This document shows, one piece after another, positions 13,765-20,000 of a stretch of DNA of 20,000 nt (position 1 is the stretch's first letter; every line of letters begins with the position of its first letter). Source of the DNA: an uncultured virus (IMG/VR IMGVR_UViG_3300045743_000142) (lineage: Duplodnaviria; Heunggongvirae; Uroviricota; Caudoviricetes; Schitoviridae). Location: IMG/VR virus record IMGVR_UViG_3300045743_000142. One strand, 5' to 3'. The translations under genes were made by a program, and so were the position numbers. The notes beneath the pieces were generated by a model. It ran no database searches, was not told where the DNA came from, and saw nothing but the letters and a program-made list of their open reading frames with translations.

Positions 13765-14943
13765 ATGAGCATCTCTGTCCAACCCCGTGCTGGGGGTCGT
13801 CACCAGCTTCGAGTCGTCCATCGACTCCTCCCCAAGGCCTACTTCTCCACCTTCGAAGGTGAAGACAGTGAGCGACATGCCAGGGAGTACGGGGAGCAGC
13901 TGCACGCTCTGTTGGACGCGGGGATCCTTCCTGGTGAGCTAGTCGCTGATGCTCCCAAGACTGCCTTGGATCCAATGCTCACCGTGGTGATCCTGGACTA
14001 CATCAACAAGTCACCATCGCTGACTGACTCGGATGACCTCCTGTTGACCAGCATGGTCACTGAGATCACTGGCTTGAGAGTGAGCAGCCTCACATATGCC
14101 TGGGCAACTGGCTACGTGGCATCCCTCAAGAAGAAGGAGCTCGCACCAGGCACGATTCGCAAGCGGATAGGTGCACTGGGTAGGGTGATCGATTGGTATC
14201 TCTCCATGGTCACGCCAGGTGGCAAGGATAGGCCTACCAACTCACTGAGGCTACTACCCAAGGGGTACAGCACCTACACCAGGGTAGAAGGCCTAGCGCT
14301 GACATCTCAGAAGAAGACCATCCCTGTGGATGTGAGTAGGGATCACCGGCTTGGACCCAAGGATGGTGAAGCAATCCTGGGTGCTCTCGCCGGCGTCAAG
14401 AGGGAGGATAGGGAGCGATCGCTCGAACCAGATCCAGCCCTACGGATGCTCTACCTACTGATCGTCGACACTGGCTTGAGGCTTCGTGAAGCCTACCGTC
14501 TCAGGGTTGACCAGATTGACCTTCAGAGACGGGTCATCAAGGTAGAGGGAAGTAAGGGCCACCGAGGACTTATCAAGCCAAGGTTGGTTCCACTGAAGCC
14601 ACGCTTGGCAGAAGAGATAGCCCTGTACTTGTCTGACAAGACTGTCTTGGTCTTTCCATACTGGGATGGTTCCCCTGAGCAGCTGCGTCGTACTACGAAT
14701 CGACTGTCTCAGAGATTCAGCGTGCTGTTCGACTACGCTGGCTTGAATGACTTCACCGAGCATGACCTTAGACATGAGGCTACTTGTCGCTGGGTCGAGA
14801 TGCGTGGGAAGAATGGCCATTGGATGTACGGTGATGTAGAGCTCTGTCGAATCATGGGATGGACAGATACTCGAATGTTGTTGAAGTACGCAAGTCTGAG
14901 AGGTGAAGACCTCTCAGACCGCATGCTAGGCGTTGATGCCTAG
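13765..14943 (+). CDS. int: Tyrosine recombinase / phage integrase (392 aa from ATG 13765)
   Basis: TGLRLRE (Arg), GSKG (Lys), HDLRHE (HxxR), IMGW (H/W), LKYA (Tyr); core-binding motif LAPGTIRKRIGAL; adjacent attP. Confidence 0.95.
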   Translation: MSISVQPRAGGRHQLRVVHRLLPKAYFSTFEGEDSERHAREYGEQLHALLDAGILPGELVADAPKTALDPMLTVVILDYINKSPSLTDSDDLLLTSMVTEITGLRVSSLTYAWATGYVASLKKKELAPGTIRKRIGALGRVIDWYLSMVTPGGKDRPTNSLRLLPKGYSTYTRVEGLALTSQKKTIPVDVSRDHRLGPKDGEAILGALAGVKREDRERSLEPDPALRMLYLLIVDTGLRLREAYRLRVDQIDLQRRVIKVEGSKGHRGLIKPRLVPLKPRLAEEIALYLSDKTVLVFPYWDGSPEQLRRTTNRLSQRFSVLFDYAGLNDFTEHDLRHEATCRWVEMRGKNGHWMYGDVELCRIMGWTDTRMLLKYASLRGEDLSDRMLGVDA

Positions 14944-14944
14944 A

Positions 14945-15115
14945 TTACTTCGAGGCCTTGCTGCTGTGCTTGGCGTTCGAATGGCTCTTGCCACCGGTCT
15001 TCTTGGCTTTGGTGGTATGGGCCTTGCCACCCATGTCGCTGGCGTAGCTGGCCGGGACGATGGTGAATGCCATGGCGATGGCGGCGATCATGGTGAACAG
15101 GTAGGACTTCTTCAT
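14945..15115 (-). CDS. Small secreted Lys/His-rich protein (56 aa)
   Basis: Sec-type signal MKKSYLFTMIAAIAMAFTIVPASYA, then SDMGGKAHTTKAKKTGGKSHSNAKHSSKASK; stop abuts the int stop. Confidence 0.75.
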   Translation of the reverse strand: MKKSYLFTMIAAIAMAFTIVPASYASDMGGKAHTTKAKKTGGKSHSNAKHSSKASK

Positions 15116-15140
15116 GGTGGTTTCTTTCAAAGGTGCCTTT

Positions 15141-15431
15141 TTAGGCGGGTTGTAGTACAGGTAGTACCGGACGAGGGCGGGACGCCCTTACGGCTCTTGT
15201 AGGCCTTCCTGGTGCGTTCAGGATGCCTTGTGGTTTGGAGGGTGCTCGCCTGGTCAGAGATTCCTCGAGAGCAATCTCATCCAGACGAGCAAACAGAGCA
15301 CCGGCAGGGATGATCCAATCCTCTCCGAGCTTCACACCAGGTAGCCTGCCAGATCGACAGAGCTCTCTGACTGTGTACTCGGAGCAGTGGAGCAACACCG
15401 CAGCACTTTCTACGGTGTAGGGCGGGATCAC
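15141..15431 (-). CDS. Excisionase-like HTH DNA-binding protein (96 aa from GTG 15431)
   Basis: YTVESAAVLLHCSEYTVRELCRSGRLPGVKLGEDWII is a MerR-like/HTH_17 Xis signature; basic Pro/Arg tail; close to int. Confidence 0.85.
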   Translation of the reverse strand: MIPPYTVESAAVLLHCSEYTVRELCRSGRLPGVKLGEDWIIPAGALFARLDEIALEESLTRRAPSKPQGILNAPGRPTRAVRASRPRPVLPVLQPA

Positions 15432-15508
15432 TTCTTCTTGGGCAGCATCCAAGGCCACCAGATCATGATGGGGATGCGGAAGAAGATGGTGGTAAACAGG
15501 GGATTCAT
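15428..15508 (-). CDS. 26-aa hydrophobic peptide (not in ORF track)
   Basis: MNPLFTTIFFRIPIMIWWPWMLPKKK; ATGA overlap upstream and GTGA overlap with the xis-like gene. Confidence 0.6.
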   Translation of the reverse strand: MNPLFTTIFFRIPIMIWWPWMLPKKK

Positions 15509-15801
15509 TCTTCACTCCATTCATCTGCAAGGTCGGCTGCAAACAACAGGAAGGTGACACGAACGAATTGACGTTCCTTACCATCGAGGAATTCACTGAA
15601 CTCAGTCATGCTGGCTCCCATCCCTAAACGAAACAGGAATAGCTTGGCTTTGAGCTTTTGTCCTTGAGTGAACTTGTCGTCCAGGTACTTGGACTCAATA
15701 CCAAAGATCATGTCGCAGATGTATCTGGACTTACCTTTGATCGGCTCATCCTTGGGTATCCCAGCTGCTACTGCACGGAGAATGTCACCGGTGGTACTCA
15801 T
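15505..15801 (-). CDS. Hypothetical protein
   Basis: Likely start ATG 15801 (ATGA overlap, AAGGAG RBS). Confidence 0.7.
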   Translation of the reverse strand: MSTTGDILRAVAAGIPKDEPIKGKSRYICDMIFGIESKYLDDKFTQGQKLKAKLFLFRLGMGASMTEFSEFLDGKERQFVRVTFLLFAADLADEWSEE

Positions 15802-16118
15802 GACGAGAGCTCCTTGATGAGTGAGTCGAGCCACAAGTGGCGGAAGGTCTGGACGTTCTTGTGTGTGAGGCTGCGACGATTGGTCACGATATTGTTCAGG
15901 TATCCCACCACAGTACCGTGACCACCCAAACGCGACTCAACCAGATGCCTCGCTTCGGGGTAGAGAGGATGGTGTGAGCGTTTGATTGCGAAGCAGATGT
16001 AAGAGGTGCAGTCGAGGTAATCCTTCTGGTTCCCATGCCATAGGTGTGCTTTGGCTTGTTTGAACGCCTCAGCCATACCTTGGCGTTCTGTCTTGGTGTA
16101 CGTAAGCTGGACTCTCAT
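15798..16118 (-). CDS. Hypothetical protein
   Basis: 106 aa, coupled on both sides; YIC and QTFRHLWLDSLIKE motifs. Confidence 0.75.
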   Translation of the reverse strand: MRVQLTYTKTERQGMAEAFKQAKAHLWHGNQKDYLDCTSYICFAIKRSHHPLYPEARHLVESRLGGHGTVVGYLNNIVTNRRSLTHKNVQTFRHLWLDSLIKELSS

Positions 16119-16483
16119 GCTGGATTCCCCTTGGGGGGTTGCACCAACATGTGGTGAATGAACTGCATACCGTTGAACTCATCGTTGGGGATGAATCCAC
16201 GCCTGGTAAGCCACATGATGTTCAGTGCCGTGAGGATGGCCGTCCTTGAGGTGATGGATTCATGGCGTTGACGCATCTCACCCACAGCTGTGAGTTGGCT
16301 GATCATGTGGTTGACGATGTTCGAGCCCAGGGCGTCATCACTGTCGCGCATGAATTTCTTGGCGATATCACCTTCGAACATCATCTCGAGATCACGTGCA
16401 CTGAAGGTAGGTGGCCCGAAGGAGACAGCAATGCCACCTGGTTGATCGTTCTTCCAGAAGAACGAGGCTTTGAGAATTGACAT
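16115..16483 (-). CDS. Hypothetical protein
   Basis: Likely start ATG 16483 with AAGGA RBS after the ATPase stop. Confidence 0.7.
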   Translation of the reverse strand: MSILKASFFWKNDQPGGIAVSFGPPTFSARDLEMMFEGDIAKKFMRDSDDALGSNIVNHMISQLTAVGEMRQRHESITSRTAILTALNIMWLTRRGFIPNDEFNGMQFIHHMLVQPPKGNPA

Positions 16484-16496
16484 GGGTTTCCTTGAA

Positions 16497-17534
16497 CTAG
16501 AAGAGTTCGATCGCACTGGTAGCCACCCAATTGACAATGGCTGAGTGAGTACGAAGAGGCTTGTGCTTGCGAACAACCTCACGCATACAGATCACCTGGA
16601 ATTCCTTGGGAATACGGCCCAGGTAGGTCATGAATGAAGCAGCATTAGCAGCTGTGATGTTGTGACTCAGATTCCCTGTCATCGCATACAAGATGCTTGG
16701 TTCAGTGGGAACCTTGACACCCATGGGATCAACAGCAATCTTCTCGTGTTTGGGAAGGTTGTCGTAGATCTTGCAGAAGGTGAGGAACTCTCGAGCCACA
16801 CCTTCAGAGATAGTTCCTGCCAGCAAAGGAAGGATGTCAGGAGAATCAGTACCTTCTTCCTTCACCAGACGGTTAGCGAACTCCCATGTCCGGGGACAGG
16901 CATAGGTGTGATCCGTATGGTCAGGCTGAAAGGTGTAGATGTTGCCTGGTTTGAATTTGATCTGATCCGTGATGCGGTGATCAAAGTCATTGGCTACAGC
17001 CCAGTCACACCATTCCTGAGAATCAACAACCAGCTCCAAGTGAAGCAATCGTGATTCAAGAGCAGTGCTCATAGGTTGAACAATGGCACCATCAGACTCG
17101 AGGTTGCCAGCCATCACGATGGCTACGTTCTTGTGGAGCTTGTAGCTACCCACACCACGGTCCAGAACGAGCTTGTAGGCTGCTGCTTGGATGGCTGAAG
17201 GTGCTGACGTAGCCTCATCCAGAAACAGAAGCCAGCCTGCATAGGCTTGACCAGTAACTGGATTGATGGGCAGTGGATCCCCTTCGATGGGGAAGTGCAT
17301 CATCGGTGCGTAGTCAGCTTTGGTTCCCATGATCATGGGGAAACCAGCAAGGTCGGTAGGATCGCATTGAGCCAACCGAAGGTCGATTACCTTCAGGTTG
17401 TATGCTGCAGCGATCTGATAAATGATCTGTGACTTACCAATGCCAGGACTTCCCTTCAGTATGGGGACAATCCGGGTCTTGATTGCAGTAGTGATCATCC
17501 GAACTGCTTGGGAGGTCTTGACTTGAATAGCCAT
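16497..17534 (-). CDS. MoxR-like AAA+ ATPase (N4 gp24-like)
   Basis: Walker A GSPGIGKS, IDLRLAQCDPTDLAGFP, Walker B LLFLDE, sensor AGN, Arg finger ALESR, CPRTWEF. Confidence 0.93.
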   Translation of the reverse strand: MAIQVKTSQAVRMITTAIKTRIVPILKGSPGIGKSQIIYQIAAAYNLKVIDLRLAQCDPTDLAGFPMIMGTKADYAPMMHFPIEGDPLPINPVTGQAYAGWLLFLDEATSAPSAIQAAAYKLVLDRGVGSYKLHKNVAIVMAGNLESDGAIVQPMSTALESRLLHLELVVDSQEWCDWAVANDFDHRITDQIKFKPGNIYTFQPDHTDHTYACPRTWEFANRLVKEEGTDSPDILPLLAGTISEGVAREFLTFCKIYDNLPKHEKIAVDPMGVKVPTEPSILYAMTGNLSHNITAANAASFMTYLGRIPKEFQVICMREVVRKHKPLRTHSAIVNWVATSAIELF

Positions 17535-17557
17535 GGTGTATTACTAAGCTCAGTGAG

Positions 17558-17737
17558 CTACTTGGATGATTGAATCATCTTGAGTAGTGTGTTGTGGTAG
17601 ATGAACAAGATAGAACAGAGGGTGTTCTTGTTCATAACTGGTAGTTGACTGTCTGCGTAGTCAACTACCTCTTGGAGAGTCCCCATGGTCGGGAAAACAA
17701 CCATAGGTACCGCCCGGAGTGGCGGCTGAGTGCTCAT
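17558..17737 (-). CDS. Small conserved hypothetical protein
   Basis: Likely start ATG 17737 (ATGA overlap); SQLP...YHNTLL motif recalled from N4-like phages. Confidence 0.7.
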   Translation of the reverse strand: MSTQPPLRAVPMVVFPTMGTLQEVVDYADSQLPVMNKNTLCSILFIYHNTLLKMIQSSK

Positions 17738-18027
17738 GGATGCGAGTTCATGCTGTAGCGATTGGGAAAGATCCAGTCGTAGACACGCTTCCACCTAGAA
17801 GTACGAGTAGGAATCGGCTTGGGTGGAATATTGACAGCAGGTACAGGGCTTGCTTTGGGCTTCCGATGTTTCACACCGGGATCCACACCAGCTTCTTCGA
17901 GTACACGGATGATGGTTCGACGTGAGTGTTGCCACTCGAAAGCCAAGTCAGTGAGTGCAGCACCCAATACTTGACGTTGGAAGACGATGGTTTGTTTTTC
18001 AGTAGTACTGAGGCACTTGACAGTCAT
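17734..18027 (-). CDS. Hypothetical protein, possible HTH DNA-binding
   Basis: LTDLAFEWQHSRRTIIRVLEEAGV is helix-turn-helix-like; Pro/Lys tail. Confidence 0.7.
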   Translation of the reverse strand: MTVKCLSTTEKQTIVFQRQVLGAALTDLAFEWQHSRRTIIRVLEEAGVDPGVKHRKPKASPVPAVNIPPKPIPTRTSRWKRVYDWIFPNRYSMNSHP

Positions 18028-18308
18028 AGTGAAAGTTCCTTGGTTTGGATAACCGTGTTGATTTGGATAGGTGGCTCGATCTTCTTGAGCCAGTCCTGAG
18101 CAAAGTGAGCCCGACCACCAGATACATCACGGGTACCTGGTTGACCAATCTCAGCGTACTCAGCTTTGCAAAGCCAGATGGGACCGTACTTGGTGTGCTC
18201 CCCTTGACGGGAGATCACTTCAACTACCAGACCGATGTTGGGACTCTGAGCACCGAGTAGTCCGGAAACTACACGACACATATCCCCTGCTTGAATGGGT
18301 TTGTTCAT
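18024..18308 (-). CDS. Hypothetical protein
   Basis: 94 aa ORF coupled to the downstream gene. Confidence 0.7.
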   Translation of the reverse strand: MNKPIQAGDMCRVVSGLLGAQSPNIGLVVEVISRQGEHTKYGPIWLCKAEYAEIGQPGTRDVSGGRAHFAQDWLKKIEPPIQINTVIQTKELSL

Positions 18309-18374
18309 ATTGAGTTAGACCCTCGGTTGAACATAGTCAAAAATCGATGTTTTGGAAAGTTAGGATATCGGTAG

Positions 18375-18413
18375 GAAGTCCAAGAGAAGTATTTGAGTAC
18401 TTCTCAGGACTTC
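18375..18413. other. Long bulged stem-loop after the RNA ligase stop
   Basis: GAAGTCC-aa-GAGAAGTA-tttgag-TACTTCTC-a-GGACTTC (7+8 bp), without a U tract. Confidence 0.7.
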
Positions 18414-19456
18414 TATTCGATCATCGCGCCTTCATTCATGCGGGTGACATACCACCTTTTGGCCACCTGAGCGATCGGACCACCCAATTTCTTGGGATCG
18501 ATACCACTGGCTTCCAGGGTGTCAGTTTCTTCCTTGATCACATCTGAGTGAATCCAACGGATGAAATCACCGATGCTGGTCATGTCGAAGGGTTTGCGCT
18601 GCTCACGCACCAGGTTCTGTAGACCCTGTTGGAGGCGTGCTTCCGTAACTGTTTGGGTCACGAAGGCCTGGATACTGGCCAGGGCATCCGTATCCACAGC
18701 AGCCAGGGTCTTCACCTTGGAGGCAGAATGCTTCTCACCCTTGACCTTGAACCACAGGTCGGGACTGGGATCCTCGACACATCGCCAGACAATCCCTTCG
18801 CCTACTCCTGAGTTGCCGAAGTGCTTGCCCACTGGGCATTCATCTTCGACAGCTTGGGTAAGTTCACCCAGAAAGTTCTGCTTGGCTTCAGGCTTCTCGA
18901 AGTCGATCGACATGAACCACTTGGGGAACTGATAGATCGAGTAGATCGAAGCAGCCTTCAGGGAAGCTGCAGTGAACTCGGGCAATGCTTCATTGACCCA
19001 TTCACCGTTGATCATCACAGCGAAGACAACGAACATCTTGGGCAAGCCAGCGATGGCTACACTCTTCTGGTTGTTTCCACCACACCACTCACCATAGACA
19101 GCGATGGTGGTATTGGCTGGGGTTTGTTGCATGCCCAAGCTACTACCCCAAACCAGGGTGGCATAGAGATCCCGCAAGGCATCTCCTTGCTGGCTCATGT
19201 GGGTATAGAAGCCAGCGTTGTCTTGTTCTGCGGACAGCACACGCTCACGGGATTGGTAGGTGATACCTTCCGGGCTGAACACTACCGCGGCATTGGTGCC
19301 ATGCAGCTTGACGGTACCCACGAAACTCAGGGTAGGGAACTTAGCAGCAGCATTGAAGATAGCCTCGCCGGCGTCATCAATGCCCATGAAGGAAGCCTTG
19401 CGCTTCACCTGGGTGATGACATTTTGGAACTGATTGATTGAGGGGAATGGGAGCAT
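18413..19456 (-). CDS. RNA ligase, Rnl2-like family
   Basis: Nucleotidyltransferase motif I KLHGTN, QSR, motif III VYGEWCG, motif IIIa FVVFAV, motif IV GEGIVW, motif V FKVKGEKH. Confidence 0.9.
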   Translation of the reverse strand: MLPFPSINQFQNVITQVKRKASFMGIDDAGEAIFNAAAKFPTLSFVGTVKLHGTNAAVVFSPEGITYQSRERVLSAEQDNAGFYTHMSQQGDALRDLYATLVWGSSLGMQQTPANTTIAVYGEWCGGNNQKSVAIAGLPKMFVVFAVMINGEWVNEALPEFTAASLKAASIYSIYQFPKWFMSIDFEKPEAKQNFLGELTQAVEDECPVGKHFGNSGVGEGIVWRCVEDPSPDLWFKVKGEKHSASKVKTLAAVDTDALASIQAFVTQTVTEARLQQGLQNLVREQRKPFDMTSIGDFIRWIHSDVIKEETDTLEASGIDPKKLGGPIAQVAKRWYVTRMNEGAMIE

Positions 19457-19459
19457 GTC

Positions 19460-19624
19460 TTACTCGTCTTTGTTTCGGGTATAGATTCGACCAGTCACTG
19501 TCAATCCACTAGGGATACCTACGGTGAATGTCTTGCGTTGGCCACAGTGCACCAGACCACACTCAGAAGAGCGGGGTTTCTGGCACACAGGGCAGGAGGG
19601 TTTCTTCTCAGGTTCTTTCTTCAT
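19460..19624 (-). CDS. Small Cys-rich, possible zinc-binding protein (54 aa, not in ORF track)
   Basis: MKKEPEKKPSCPVCQKPRSSECGLVHCGQRK...; ATGA overlap with the ligase stop. Confidence 0.6.
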   Translation of the reverse strand: MKKEPEKKPSCPVCQKPRSSECGLVHCGQRKTFTVGIPSGLTVTGRIYTRNKDE

Positions 19625-20000
19625 GGCTTGCTCATGTCTTGAATCAACCGATGACTCATGTAGGTAGGGAATCGAGGTTGATCCTTGACACCATGCGTCA
19701 TGTGTTTGAACTTGACGATGTGGTTCACGATCTCTTCGGGATGTTGGAAGTAATGAGTGGCCTCAGCCACACTCATCTCTCCACTACCCACAGTGATCTC
19801 CAATCCCTTGGCAAACAGCATCTTCCCTGTGATCGGATCATGGAAGTCTTTAAGCAGAACCCCTTGGATGGAGCCCACTTGACCATTGGGAATCAGCCCG
19901 GCCGCACTTGAGCTGCGCTCCGTGCGTCCTAGGCTGTTCTTCTTGGCTTCGTTGGCGTTCTTGTTGCCCTCGGTGATACCGGTGACCAGAATCTCGGCAT
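19621..20000 (-). CDS. ATP-dependent DNA ligase, C-terminal OB domain (5' truncated by window)
   Basis: Frame open to the window edge: AEILVTGITEG...NEAKKNSLGRTERSSS...TVGSG...IVKFKH...GVKDQPRFP, typical of phage DNA ligase OB folds. Confidence 0.8.
   Translation of the reverse strand, partial: AEILVTGITEGNKNANEAKKNSLGRTERSSSAAGLIPNGQVGSIQGVLLKDFHDPITGKMLFAKGLEITVGSGEMSVAEATHYFQHPEEIVNHIVKFKHMTHGVKDQPRFPTYMSHRLIQDMSKP

Larger units (their letters stand above)
1..20000. mobile_element. Segment of a temperate phage genome with N4-like replication genes, in the unintegrated (attP) configuration
   Basis: Lysis cassette, PolA, helicase, AAA+/vWA pair, ligases and integrase; dense overlapping small ORFs; phage genes on both sides of the tRNA-derived att core; no host housekeeping genes. 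Confidence 0.9.

Noticed and set aside
13557..13862. 101-aa ORF across attP, and the TTG 13711 start for int
   Set aside because: Both run through att core or arm sites; ATG 13765 with a GAG upstream is a more plausible int start.
17547..17559. 5-bp stem/3-nt loop hairpin AGCTC-AGT-GAGCT upstream of the ATPase as an N4 virion-RNAP promoter (also 4422-4438)
   Set aside because: The geometry fits, but the loop and the predicted +1 base do not match the N4 promoter pattern as I recall it, and short hairpins arise by chance.
1..20000. CRISPR array, DGR/retron, intron or intein, IS element
   Set aside because: No spaced repeats, reverse transcriptase, transposase or homing endonuclease were seen; polymerase and helicase are uninterrupted and of ordinary length.

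Overview
The whole window is bacteriophage DNA with no host genes. The + strand from 1 to 3178 holds the end of a late operon: tail-associated genes, holin, SAR-type GH24 endolysin, overlapping i-/o-spanins and an HTH-metallophosphoesterase. It converges on a long minus-strand block of N4-like (Schitoviridae-type) middle/replication genes: DNA ligase (partial), Rnl2-type RNA ligase, MoxR-like AAA+ ATPase, HExxH/vWA protein, Dda/RecD-like helicase, family A DNA polymerase, a second vWA protein and many small ORFs. The main feature is a complete integration module lying between the AAA+ ATPase and vWA genes. It comprises an intact attP (49 bp copy of the 3' part of a tRNA-Cys(GCA) gene, two inverted IHF-like sites, TGGTAGCAG arm-type repeats, outward-facing terminators), a tyrosine integrase, an excisionase-like HTH gene and two small hydrophobic or secreted peptides. 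This points to an unintegrated temperate N4-like phage targeting a proteobacterial tRNA-Cys gene, whose integration would cut the middle gene block in two. Other oddities are a lone + strand Lys/Gly peptide gene with its own RNA structure, a +1 frameshifted gene upstream of the helicase, and terminator-like hairpins only 15-19 nt before start codons. Family assignments come from motif recognition by eye; no searches were run.
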